In this document: positions 49,762 to 61,831 of the stretch, piece by piece
How positions within the stretch are numbered: the stretch's first letter is position 1
Layout of the letters: every line of letters begins with the position of its first letter
Assembly: GCA_973895155.1 (NCBI GenBank)
Contig: OZ316893.1
Coordinates: forward strand, 23,086,015-23,150,014
Origin: Marsupella aquatica
Lineage: Eukaryota; Plantae; Marchantiophyta
Direction: 5' to 3'
Length of the DNA: 64,000 nucleotides
Program-made: the position numbers and the translations under genes
The notes under the pieces: model-generated
What the model was told of the DNA's origin: nothing
What the model saw: the letters and a program-made list of their open reading frames with translations, nothing else
Database searches by the model: none

Positions 49762-51624
49762 CTACTGGTAAGCAAAATAGGAAGGGCAGAATGAATCTGA
49801 AAATTCTGTTGTAAGGCCAGGCTGTGTAGCAGAGGACAGCACACACTCACCCATATGAGCATCAAATGGCAAGCCATAGAAAGAGCGGGGTAGAGATGCT
49901 GAACTGTCAGTGGTGCGTGGGCCAGAGATGGGTTGCACCTGACCAGCCGGTTGAGAAGGACCAGTAGAGGCAGGTGACTTGCCTTTGATGTTGGCAAGTT
50001 GGGCACGTAGGGACTCAACCTCATGAGTTAGAGATTGGAGTTGAGTTGCCTGGGCATTGTGAGCCTCCTTCTGAGCTGGTTGCTTCTGTTGCTGCTTGGG
50101 CAATTTGTTGGCATTGGGTGCTTTGCCACTGGAAGGAGGAGCAACTGATGCAGTAGGAGCCCTCCTAGCTGGTGGGGGAGTGGAAACAGGAGCAGGATGA
50201 GTGGCCTGTTGTCGTAGCTGCTTCCTCTCTGGGAATTTGGCAAAACGAACTGCCTCCAAGTGACCCACTTTCCCGCAAAAATCACAAGATAGGTCCTCAG
50301 CAACAACATCACATTCATTAGCCTTGTGATTAGGATTGCCACAGTAGTTGCAAGATGGCAGCATGAAAGCAGCATGTGCTGGTTTGGTCTTGGAAGCATA
50401 CTGTGGCACATGGGAAGGGGTGGCCATTGTAGGGGCAGCAGCCTGGTACCTAGATCTCGGTGGACACGCAATACTGGCCTCATAATGTGCATGGGCCAAC
50501 TCAAGTTTCTCAGCAGTGTCATAGGCATTGAGCAATGTGTAGCTGTCTCCAAACTCTGAGAATACTTGCTGCAACACTTGCGAATGGAGAGCTGGTGTGC
50601 CCTCCAATGCACGAAGATAGCGATGAGCAGCCTCCAAGTTAGTGATGCTCTGGGTGTCCTCCTTCAGCTTGAGAAGCCGGTGATACATCATCTTCAAGGT
50701 TTCATTGCGCTGTCTCACAAAGGTGACCAACTGCATGATTTTGTCAGCACTCTTGATTGGGAATTCCAATTCAAAAACCTGGAAAAACTCAGCCACTGGA
50801 TCAGCAAAGGCAGGGGAATCAATAGTGGGAGAAATGCCTGATGTAGCCTATGCCAAGATAGTGGGAGTAACTGGCGCAGTGGTAGGAACCGGAGTAGGAG
50901 GGGAAGTGGCAGGAGCAATAGCATGGGCTGCAATGGCATTTTGTAAGGCCAATTGTGAGGCTGCCGCAATTGCACTGGCATAGATAGGGTTAGGCAACTG
51001 TGTGACGGCAAGCAGCCGTTGAGAATGCTGCTCATACACATCCAAAGCCTCATGGTGCACATACCTGGCTAGCTGCTTAAATGCAAAAGCATTTGTGAAA
51101 TTGCTGCCATATTTCAACTCCAATTCGTATACGACAGTGTAGAAAGTGGATTTGAACTCACGCAAAGAAACAGTGCCTGGCCGCCCGTTGAAGCGCTCAA
51201 TGCGGCCAGATGAGTGGCTGGCATCCATGCTGTATGTTGGTGAAGCTGGAACAACCACTGATGCAGAAGGGGTAAATGGCAATGAAGTGATAGCAGGCTT
51301 CGGAGTAGTGGTGAAGCGACCGCCAAATGTAGCAGGAGGGTTGCGTGGTGTGGGTGCTACTGCTGTCTGCTGACGCCGACGAAATTGTCGAGACTCCAAT
51401 GAAATTGGCACCAACGGTCGTGGATCACTCCGCAAGTGGTACCTGGGTGTCGGTGGCGATGTGCTGCTACGACTCGGCTCCTCTACTGACATGCTGCATG
51501 CTAACCTGGGTGCCAATGGGAAAGAAACTGACAAGAAAAGGGAGTGGCAACCCACGGCTAGGAAATGAAACCCACAAAGGAAACAACGGTGCGAGGCAGA
51601 AATGTGTCGAATGTGTAAACACAC
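49762..51624 (-). pseudogene. gag: Retrotransposon Gag with two CCHC zinc knuckles
   Basis: RIERFNGRPG...FKQLARYV...; FVRQRNETLKMMYHRL (Gag major-homology-like); knuckles CNYCGNPNHKANEC and CDFCGKVGHLEAVR (last Cys lost). In-frame stop at 50848. Confidence 0.8.
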
Positions 51625-51659
51625 AGAAAAACCGTCGGCAAAGAAAAGACCCTTAAAAA

Positions 51660-52720
51660 CTCCTATTGTGTCCCCGTTGCGCTTGCCTATGTGTATACAT
51701 AGGCGATGTCGGATTGCCGTCCCATGTGTATACCCCGGGCCTTTTCAAATGTATAAACATGGGGCCTGGTTATGTGTATACATTGGGCCCCGATGTGGAC
51801 CCAGGATTTGACAGAAGGCGCGCGTCTACGAAAAAGAAAAATCCGGTGGGGACCGGCAACCGAACGAGTGTGTATACACACTCGGGGGCACCGTGCGCTT
51901 TGCTGCAGGCGAATAAAAGAGAAAGCGAAGCGAGGCGAAAAAGAAAAGGGCGAGGGCGCAGCGAAAGGAAAGATATGGGGCCCCAATAATGGCTCGGGCC
52001 CTGCATAGGGCTTCGCGCCCCCCCCTCCTGGCTCCTGATGTGCTCCCGAAGAGAAGGGAGCGACTAACTCCCCCTCCCCCTCCTTAATTCCTCATAGGGC
52101 CTCGTGCCCTCCTTGCGCTTCAAGCCTTCAACCCCCCTGCTTTAATGCTGCTTAGGGCTTCGTGCCCTGCAATTCCCGTGAGACTGTGAGAGCCTGAGAG
52201 GAGTCGAATGTACTCTCCCCCCCTTGAATGCTTCAGAGCTGCCTAGGGCCTCGTGCCCTGCTTTCGCTTCCCCTCCCCCCTTCGTAATTCGCCATAGGGC
52301 CTCGTGCCCTGGCAGAAGTGTAACTCCCGAGAGGAGGGAGTTGAATGTACTCCCCCTCCCCTTCTGCTTTAAATGCTGGCCGGGATGCTGGCAACTTCCG
52401 GTAGGGAAAGAAACGGTGCCCTATGCACTGACAGTCGGGGGACGAAAATAGAGCAAATTGGCCGGGAAGTGAATAAAAGCCAAGGCGAGCGAGGCGCAGC
52501 GCCTGGAATAAAAGGCGTGCAATAGCTGAGGCACTGAAGCAGACTCACCGGCAGTCGTGGCCAGGAATGTGAAAACGACCCCAAAAGCAATCGAGGCAGC
52601 CAGCGGCAGTGACAGTAAGAAGGAGCAAAGGGGTAGCGGATGCAACCAGAAAATGAACCCCGGACCTCCTCGGGAGCATTGATATGTGTATACACTTAAG
52701 TATACACATAACAACATAAA
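51660..52720 (-). repeat. Repeat- and hairpin-rich 5' leader/LTR-like region of the retrotransposon
   Basis: Five copies of AGGGC(C/T)TCG(T/C)GCCC(T) at 52007, 52096, 52154, 52245 and 52296, several gtgtatac(a) palindromes, and a CpG-rich composition directly upstream of gag. Confidence 0.6.
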
Positions 52721-53249
52721 CCCATAACTTTTAACTCGTCACTCCGATGTCCGTCGAAGAAATTGCAATGGCTTCCCCAGAAATTGTCGAAACTGCCACG
52801 AGCAATCTTCTTCCCGTCACCGCTAACTCGGCAGTTCTTCTTGAATAAAAGGCGTAAGAGAAACAATTGTACTGAAATCGAATCGAAAACTGGCAGGATG
52901 CCAAGATCGGCCGGGAGCATCTAACGAATCACTGTGTGAATCCCGTGTACGGAACCGACGAGCACTGTCTGAGCTCTGTCAACAGCGATTCAAGAACTGA
53001 AAAACCCACAAAGAAAGACATGCCCTAAGCAAGCAAAGTCCTGGCGTCACACTAACAAGCACATTTGCTTCAAGAACGGCCCAGACTTGCTACAAGAACA
53101 TGTCGCTAACTCAGGTAGTACACTAGCCCTAACTACATACCTAGCGGGCAGGCGAGGGACATGCCGATGTGCATAAGAGGCACTGTCCCTCGGCATGACA
53201 TATGGGCTCTCCCTCTTTGGAATGAATGGTCCATATATTTTCTACCTGG

Positions 53250-53810
53250 GTTCATCTTTTATGCAGTCCCCTTCTGGGTGGCACATATTGTCGACCCAGT
53301 CCGGCCTTTGCCCAGATGTAGTAGGACATGCATGTAAACAAGCATAAGCTCCCCTATCTCATGGCATAGGGACCTGATGGAGATGTTGCAGTGGAGATGC
53401 GACCAGTTATCGAGAGTCCTGGATTGGAGCATGGTGGACTGGTGGGTTCTTGCGAGTGCAGCGTCAAGTGGTGGCTGTGGTGGTAGATCGGTGGCCATGG
53501 TTGGGTGTTGATCAGCAGTCTCCTTTCATTTTCCTTGTGGGTTATCGGTTTGGGATTCTCGTTTGTGGTCTTTCTTGTTTCTCTCCTAGTTCATTCTCGA
53601 TCTTAGGTGACGCATTCCCATCCCTAGTTTTCCTCCCACTTTCTTGATCTGCCTCCCTCTCCGGCGGTCTGTGGGGTTAGTGCCTCTCTTTCCATATGGG
53701 TGTGCTTCCATCAGACAGTTGTTTTTTTGCACGGTTTCCGTGTTTTTCAATAAAGTTTTGGGCTTTGTCCCTTTGAAAAAAAAGAAAAGAAAAAAAAAGA
53801 AAAAAAAAAG
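53250..53810 (+). mobile_element. Probable 3' end of a non-LTR retroelement (LINE-like) with poly(A) tail
   Basis: A T-rich 3' UTR-like segment, AATAAA at about 53749 and an A-rich tail at 53776-53809. No TSD or convincing ORF2 motif was identified. Confidence 0.4.
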
Positions 53811-56269
53811 ACAATAGACCCCATTGTGTACTATATCTAAGAGTTAATAAAAACTCTAGGAAGAATCTAACTCACAGATTTTGTTCTATCCTTTCAAGTT
53901 TGTAAACAGAAGATGAAGGAGTTTTGTCCAGATTGCACATTATACTGATCGATGCACATTATACTGATCGATGCACAATAAAACATAGTAATGTTCTGTG
54001 CCTCGTACGAAGTGTAATTATGTAATTTGGCACAAAATTCAAAGTTCTATAAGTATTAGTGTTTTTTACACTTTGACACTAGATTCTTCTCATTGGAATA
54101 TTTCTTTGTCAACTTTTGAATTGAATTTTTAATTCAACTCATTGAGATAGATTAAAAGTTTTATTTTTCTACACGACAAATAACAAAGCACTTTCCAGGA
54201 TCAGCTGGGACATCATCTATAACCTTTAGCCATAAAAAATAACTTTTACACAACCCGTCATTGCCAAAGTTAAGGCCATTTCTAGACGAGCAAAAAACAA
54301 TCACCCTTAACTAGGACAAAAGCTTTGACACGCTCTACAGGATATGCATATTCGGAGTTTTTGCTTCAAAAGAGATATAAATATAGAGTACGTTGGTTGT
54401 AATAATATATAGTACGTTGGTTGTAATAAATATGGTAACATAAGATTTTTACAGTAGTTCGGTGGACTGACTACAGTTCTAGAATAGTACAGTACTTTCT
54501 AATAAATATAGAGTACGTTGGTAGAGCTATCCCCGTTCGTGTAGGAACTGGACAAAATGCTAGTAATGGTTTTCATTTTAGGAAATAACTCAAGGCCATC
54601 TTAGTCTCAAGTATTTAAAAATATATATACACTGAAAGGTTTGGGCCAAGGTACTTAAAATTTACATGACAAGAAATTCACAAGGTCACCAATGCTTTTT
54701 GTTAATAGGGCCCAAAATTGGAAAGATATACACTGCACTAATTTGTGGTCTAAGTCGAAGGTTGACCTGTTCCATAGAGTGAAACTATAGTGAGATTACA
54801 AAACAAAATCTGGTAACATAAGATTTTTACATTAGCCTATGCTTGTGAGTAGGGCCAGGCCTCAGGAGTTTGGCAGGGAGCCCTACTGAGTCACACAAGC
54901 ATAGTCTAAATGTCAAAATTTTCTATGACCCAAACATTTTGGCCTGTGGTTTTACTCTAGGGAGGGGCACATGAAAGGTACGTTTGGATCATGAGGTAGA
55001 TAGTATAGATAGATTGGGGCTAGTTGTTGGCTAAACTTTTGCTCATTATTGTGATGGTGCTGGAAATGGCCTGAAAATGACCCCATTATTGCGAGGGGGC
55101 CTGAAAATGGCCTGAAAATGACCCCATTACTGTTCTATACATTGCATTGTCACAAACCTTATTGTTCAGCCTAATATGACTTGTTGGTTTGGTCAGGGGC
55201 CTGGTTCAATATGATTGGGGGCCAGAACATATTATCACACACCATTTGTCAAAACCATATTGCCACACACATAACTTTGGTCACCGGCTTAATTGGGTGA
55301 CCTAAAGGTCAGTTGTAGTCATGGGGCAACCAAATCAGATTGTCACATTGTAAGACTAAAGGAAAGGTTAGCTAATAAGGTCTAGAAGTATTACTTCTAG
55401 ACCATTCACACGGTATAACCATACTGTGTATTCTGTCCATTCACATACCTGAAGACGTACAATCATGCTGACATTAAAGATTAATATTTATTTATATATT
55501 TATTTATATTTCTATTGATGGTATTGAGCTATAGCCTTGTCAGCCTGGCCCAGGGGTTATGAGATTTTGGCCGCCTTGACAAGCCCACATAGAGGGTTAT
55601 CTATTTCAGGCACAATTACACTCGGGGGATAATGGTCTTTAACCCGTGGCCACTTGGTGCCGATGGCTGGAAACCCCTCCAGCTCACCGCCATCATGGAT
55701 TACATCCCATAACACCCTTGGGGGGGACGTTACCCTAGACGTAGCTTTGGTCGTTGGCCTAGAATACATTTTGGGAAAACCGAATGTCTAGACTCCTGAA
55801 TGTGCCCCACCGCGCTAGCTATCGACTTCATCAGGGGCCCACACCTCAATGCAACTAAAAACTTCCTTTCTCTGACTAGTTGTCCTCTCCTCTCCCGTGC
55901 ACCACCTTCTCCTTGCATGTTTCAGTGCATTATTTGCCGGAAAGAGGTTGTCCATCTACGAATTTCTAGGTACCAGATTATGAGAATACATGGAGTAGAA
56001 ATGTTAACCACTGTTTGTACAAAAGTGACTAATCATAGATAGGTAGATGTAAATTCATCCAAACTACTTGTTTCTGTTTGAAAGAAGCAAGATGTCACTA
56101 GTTAACCAATGTTACATCACAAAAATCACTTTGGATTATTTTAATGTTTATTTAATGTGAATGATCCTAATGCAAATTTAGCTGTATGATGTTGTTTCTA
56201 AGACACCCTATTAATAATGTTCACCTAGAATATTGGATACACAATCATGTTGAAATTAAAGATATCAAG

Positions 56270-57274
56270 AAGTATAATACAAGGTCCTTCTCTTTTCTAC
56301 AGTGGTCGTCTTATGAATTTTTACATTTTGCAGGGCCCAAAAGTAAAAAAATCTAGCCAAAGAGAAGCAATAAACCAAAACATTTAGTGTGAAGAAAAGA
56401 GTGACACGGTTTCCAAGCAAGAAAAAAAGATAAATTTTAATGCTCTAGAATCAAGTCCTTTATGTACCATCAAACATTACTTTTTTAACAACATCAGATC
56501 TATCCCTACACCCCATCTAACACAAATGTTTACCCAAGCTGCCATTTAGCCTGCCCTGCACCTGCCCAAGATAAAAACATTAATTAAAACTCATTAAAGT
56601 TATTTCTATCTAAATTGAAAAAACCTTTGAATATTTTGAAAAACTTTGAATGTAGATCAAATATAAAAAATTTCATTTCCCAAAAATCCAAAACCAAAAA
56701 CACTTAAAAAAAATCTTGTCACTCAATTGTACTTGGACTTTATGATGCGATGGCCACTATATCCTGTCTCCAAGTTTTACGTGCAACAAAGTTTTATGTG
56801 ATTATTGAACACACAACCCTAAACATTGCAAAGCATATAATTTCTTGCCTCACCTTTATATCTTTTTCTTGCCTTTATATATTTTTCTAATATTTTTATA
56901 TTTATTTCTCCTTAACATCTTTTCCTTGCCTTGCCATCTTTTTCTCATCACCATCTTTATCTTACCACAATATTTTTCTCACCCTTGACATCTTTTCTGT
57001 CCATGACAATTTTTTCTGTTCTCATCTTGACATCTTTCCCTCACCCTTGACATATTTTCCTCAATCATCTTTACATTTTTCTCACTTCACCATCTCTTCT
57101 CTCTTCAACATATTTTTCTCACATTGACTTGTTTTTCCTCACCTCATCATTTATTTTCTGTCATTGACGTATTTTTTGCCTTGACAACATTTCCTCAACT
57201 GGACATATTTTTCTCACCTTGACATATTTACTTACCACAACATCTTTTGTGCAACGCGTAGGTATGGGGCTAGT
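56270..57274 (+). mobile_element. Non-autonomous Helitron-like element, copy 2
   Basis: Homologous to 41170-42450. It ends acatcttttgtgcaacgcgtaggtatgggg-CTAG-t, a Helitron-type 3' terminus followed by T. Confidence 0.65.
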
Positions 57275-57960
57275 AGACATCTAATGCAAAGTGGAGGTCA
57301 ATATCTAAAAAGTTTGTCAATTTGATATACATTTCTATACAAAACAATTTGGATACCAAATGGATGTACAAGTCTACACTCTCAACGGGAGCCACTATGC
57401 CAGCAGATACCAATGGTACATTTTGATGATAAATCAAAGATAGATAGGTTCATGGGGCATTCATTGGCTACTTGTTTTTGTTTTGAGATAACCAAGATGG
57501 CACTGAGTAACCATAGTTACTGTAGATTCTCAAACGAGTGCCGCTCTGCCAGTGGATAACACACATCATAGATAGATAGCCCAATAGATAGATTCATTGG
57601 GTCTAGTACTTGTTTTTGTTTTGAGACAACCGAAATGGCACTGGGTAACCGCAATAGGTCTACACTCTTTAATGCCCCCCTCTCTGCTAGTGGACAACAG
57701 GCTCACACCTCAACTCTACCAAAACCAACCTTACCAACCACTGGAACGTTAAATGGAATGCTATCAACCATTATCTTGTTCTCGTCTCCTTCATGTCCTG
57801 CATGTGCATCAGCTTGTTGTTGCCTGTGGAGCAAAGCGGGAACCCTAGTAGTTTGAGCTCTCATCTTGCTCATCACTGTCTTGTCATCATCAGTCTCCAA
57901 CCCAAACATATAGAGGGAGATGACACTACTTAATGGTAACCATTGTTCCATATATAACAA

Positions 57961-58362
57961 TCTTACTAATAAAGCGTGAACTGCAGTCTACTTTTCACAA
58001 ACTAAGGTCTAGAGTGAAGCCTCTAGACCGTAACTCTATGGTCATCATGTGCATGGGAAAAACTTATGACATGACTATGATGTATGTACATGCCAATTTC
58101 ATGTGATAATTTTTAAATATTTACATTCAAAAAATATAGGTAGTATGGCCCCATCACAACATATGTGCATAGAACATGGATGTGCATACAAAAAACATGA
58201 TGTGCACATCAAGGAGAATGATATATTATATATGACTATTAAAATGATAGTGTTTTTTATCATTTCATTAATCTTCAAAGAATATGAATAGAGAATATAT
58301 TTTGATAATTCTTTTATTGTCCTCTCCGCTATCACGTTCAAAGAATGGGTAGTCGGGGCTAG
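57961..58362 (+). mobile_element. Small non-autonomous Helitron-like element
   Basis: Begins a|TCttactaataaag and ends ggggCTAG|t, giving TC...CTAG termini at an AT target. The interior is AT-rich and the subterminal hairpin is weak. Confidence 0.45.
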
Positions 58363-59240
58363 TAACATTGGAACCGAGATGGCACTATGCTAACCATTGT
58401 TAGTCTACTCTCTAGAATGGGTGGCACTGTGCCAGCGGAAAGAATTGTCCAAGGCCCACACCTCAATGCAACCAAAAACAATAGGGCATATCAAATATCT
58501 CTTTTCTACCTCCAGTCGCTGTGGGCGGACACAAAATGTGTGTCCGCACAGTGACCAAAACTGGTAGTTGTGGGCGCTGTTTGTTTTTTGCAAACTTCAA
58601 GGTTTGAGACGCATTAATAGAAACTATGATCACAAATTAGAGAGAGAGATTACTCATTTATATTTTGACACAACCAAGATGGCACTACTAGGGCATGTCA
58701 AATATGGTCATTTTCACACGTGACCGTGCTCGGGAGTTTGTGGGTTGAGCAGGAAGGACTGGTTGGACACCAAATGTGAGGCCCAACTAGTCACACCAGA
58801 GAATCGTCAGAGGTCCTGATGAATGTAGGAAACTCAAGCGCATACAATGCCGCAACCCAACTCACATTTGACTACCCCAGTAGATAATGGCCTAGTTATA
58901 CCCTATTGCCGTGCGCCCAAGTGCATCGCGGGCAATCGGTGAGGTTCAATTTTTTTGGATATTTGAGACAGTGGCTGATCAAGAATGCAGGAAAAAAGAA
59001 TATAGGCTATGAGATAGGTGAGACCATAACTCCTGCCTTATGGGTTGGGTCAATGCCATCTCCCCACATTAAAAAAATTTGATAAATGGGTCCCATAATA
59101 GGAGTTATGGGATATAACACAAATTTGTAACTTTCACTGGTGATCCACCTTTGAGATACCCTACTAGATAATGACCCGATTATACATTGTTACGGTGCAT
59201 TGCGGGCCCTCGGTGAAATTCAATTTTTTTTGGTATATTT

Positions 59241-59710
59241 GAGACACCCTAGTGTAACCATGGTAAAAGTCTAGACTCTTGAATGGGCGCCACTCTGCCA
59301 GCGGATGACATGGTAGGGTCTAAGAGGCCCACACCTCAAAGCCACCAAAATCAACCTTTCTCTCTCTTTGAGACGCCCTATTGTAACCATGGTAAAAGTC
59401 TAGACTCTCGAATGGGTGCTACTCTTCCAGCAGACAACATGGTAGGGTCTGAGAGGCCCGCAATTCAAAGCCACCAAAACCAACCTTTCTCTCTTTGAGA
59501 CGCCCTATTGTAACCATGGTAAAAGTCTAGACTCTTGAATGGGCGCCATTATTGCAGCGGACAACATGGTATGGTCTGAGAGACCCACACCTCAAAGCCG
59601 CCAAAACCAACCTTTCTCTCCTTCAGACGCCCTATTGAAATCATGGTAAAACTCTACTCTCTTGAATGGGCGCTACTCTTCTAGCTGACAACATGGTAGG
59701 GTCTGAGACA
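59241..59710. repeat. Tandem repeat, unit about 128 bp, about 3.7 copies
   Basis: The unit gagac.cccta.tgtaaccatggtaaaagtctagactct.gaatggg.gc.actct...catggtagggtct.agaggccc.cacctcaaagccaccaaaa.caacctttctctc starts at about 59241, 59370, 59498 and 59625. Decayed relatives occur at about 57350-57730 and 58370-58510. Confidence 0.9.
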
Positions 59711-59999
59711 ACATATTTTTTAGGTGCAAAATTTAGCCAAATTCCACCCTCCCCAAAAAGTGTTCGCCACTTTTGGCTAACATTTGCTACATTTTTGGTA
59801 TGCCATTTGCCACTTTCCCACCTAATCAAGGACCCCATTTACCAGAATCTAACAATCATCCGTAAATCTTGGGATATCTGACGGTCAGGATATAATCTAA
59901 GAAAAACTGACAAAGAATATTCCTAGCATCTGCTCCCTTAGAGCTGCTGACATGACATTGGCCGCACTGGCTACAAATAAAAAACCCTAAAAAATAAGC

Positions 60000-60252
60000 T
60001 GGTCTGAGAGGCCCCCACCGCAAAGCAACCAAAAGCCAACCTTTCTCTAGTTAATGCGCTGGTCTGAGAGGCCCACACCTCAAAGCGACCAAAAACCAAC
60101 CTTTCTCTAAGTTAATACTCTGGTCTAAGAGGCCCACACCTCAAAGCTACCAAAAACCAACCTCTCTCTAGTTTCCTCTCCTGTGACCAACAACCAACCT
60201 TTCTCTAATTTCTTCTCCTCTCCTGTGACCAAAAACCAACCTTTCTCTAGTT
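60000..60252. repeat. Tandem repeat, unit about 60 bp, derived from the 3' half of the 128-bp unit
   Basis: ggtct.agaggccc.cacc.caaagc.accaaaa.ccaacct.tctcta at about 60001, 60061 and 60122, followed by shorter sub-repeats. Confidence 0.85.
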
Positions 60253-60464
60253 TACTCATTTACTCAGAGACATATGCTTAGTAGACCCCCTTCTGGAAAA
60301 AAGTTTGCTTAATCAACCCCCTGGATACTTTTCTCCAATCTGGACCATTGATGAACCTTTCAATCTCAGATCTGGACCCTTGATAGATCTCACGGGGTCA
60401 ATCAAATCAAATAACAAGTTTCATTTTGGGGTAGATCAAGCAAACACTTCACTCTACTCACCTT

Positions 60465-60720
60465 TCTCTAGTTTCCTCTCCTGTGCAAAACCAACCTCTC
60501 TCTAGTTTCCTCTGGTGCGCATGTGAGGTCTCTAGTTTCCTCTCCTGTGCAAAACCAACCTCTCTCTAGTTTCCTCTGGTGCGCATGTGAGGTCTCTAGT
60601 TTCCTCTCCTGTGCAAAACCAACCTCTCTCTAGTTTCCTCTGGTGCGCATGTGAGGTCTCTAGTTTCCTCTCCTGTGCAAAACCAACCTCTTTCTAGTTT
60701 CCTCTGGTGTGCATGTGAGT
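60465..60720. repeat. Near-perfect tandem repeat, unit about 64 bp, 4 copies
   Basis: tctagtttcctctcctgtgcaaaaccaacctctctctagtttcctctggtgcgcatgtgaggtc is repeated four times with very few differences. Confidence 0.92.
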
Positions 60721-61831
60721 GAGGTTCTGGATGCCCGAGCAGCAAAGCGAAGCGGGAACCCTAGACTTTCGCGCTCTCGTCTCGCTCTCGACTCTCTCAT
60801 CACACAGTACTACTAGACTGTTTCGTCATCATCGATCTCCAAACCAACAGAGAACCGTCACCCGGTCACCGTCTGTCTGTGCGATCTCTGTGAACTCGAT
60901 ACAGTAGTACCATCCAGCGTCCACCATTACGAGTCTGCAGTCTGCAGTCTAACCCAATCCAGCTGCTTCATTCATTGATTGATTGCTTGTTGATTGACTG
61001 ATTTGGGGACTGCTGACGCGCGACCCAGGCAGATCGGCATCATTCTGTTCGCCTGTCTGAGCCGCCCCTCCGGCGTCGGTCGAGGACCAGGCTGGGGCGT
61101 CGTCTCTGCCTCTGTCCGTTGCTGTTGGTGCTCTTTGAACTTTGTTGGTGCTCTTGTTCCTGTTCCTGTTGTTGTTGGTGGTGCTGGTGGTGGCGAGGTT
61201 TTTCTGCGAAGGTCGTCGTCGGTCGGGAACGGAGGGGAAATCATTCGGCCTTGGCATAGCCGATTGACGTTGATTATTTGCTGCTGTGCGGACCGGAGCC
61301 TGTGTGTTTTGCCGTTCTCTGGCGCCGATTGTTGGCAAGGGGTTTTCGCTGGCTAGCTTCGAAGCGTGGTCGCGAGCGGTGGAAGCCGCAGCGGAGGTGC
61401 AGCACTCTTGTGGCGAGGGAGATACGGACGGGAGAGAGAAGATTAATTAAAAATATTTGTAGGAAACGAGTATTGCTGCGTCGGAGAGGAGAGGAGAGGA
61501 GAGGAGAGGAGAGGAGAGGAGAGGAGAGAGATGGTTTTGATGTGAGCTGTGTACGAAAGTCCCAGGACAGAGACATTAGGAGTGGCGCTTGGGAAGGAGA
61601 GGAATTAGCGGAAGGAGGGGTTTTAGGGATCGCACAGTTGGGCGTTGACAGTTCTTCTGTATGGTGAGACGAAAGCGGTGACTGGTTTTTAGGGTACTGG
61701 CTATCGTTTTCGTACGACCGCTTGGGAGCATGGTTTGACGTCGCTCATTGTGCCTGGAGGCTTCATCAACCTTTCTCTTCTTTCGAATTTCTTCTTCCTT
61801 GTCCCTCCCGGCCTCCGGGTTTATAAATAAG

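Larger units (their letters stand above)
44114..51624 (-). mobile_element. Ty3/Gypsy LTR-type retrotransposon internal region (decayed) encoding Gag-PR-DNMT-RT-RH-INT-PHD; LTRs not delineated
   Basis: ORFs 50848-51624, 49762-50796, 48865-49506, 47593-48669 and 47068-47541 share one frame separated by single stop codons. One frameshift near 47290 leads into 44396-47275 and the in-frame 44114-44386. RT-RH-INT order is the Gypsy type. A purine tract (GGGGGGGATATAGAGG, minus strand, about 44065-44080) follows the final stop. Confidence 0.93.

Noticed and set aside
52000-52320. Hairpin repeats with variable spacers as a CRISPR-like array
   Set aside because: The repeats are only about 15 bp, the spacing is irregular and the spacers resemble each other. 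A retroelement leader explains them better.
41170-57274. Direct repeats at 41.2-42.4 kb and 56.3-57.3 kb as the LTRs of the Gypsy element
   Set aside because: They lack TG...CA termini, are not adjacent to the PPT or gag leader, and end in Helitron-type hairpin/CTAG motifs.
60949-61667. ORFs of 90-130 aa upstream of PABN
   Set aside because: Low-complexity translations of (gagag)n and (gtt)n leader sequence.
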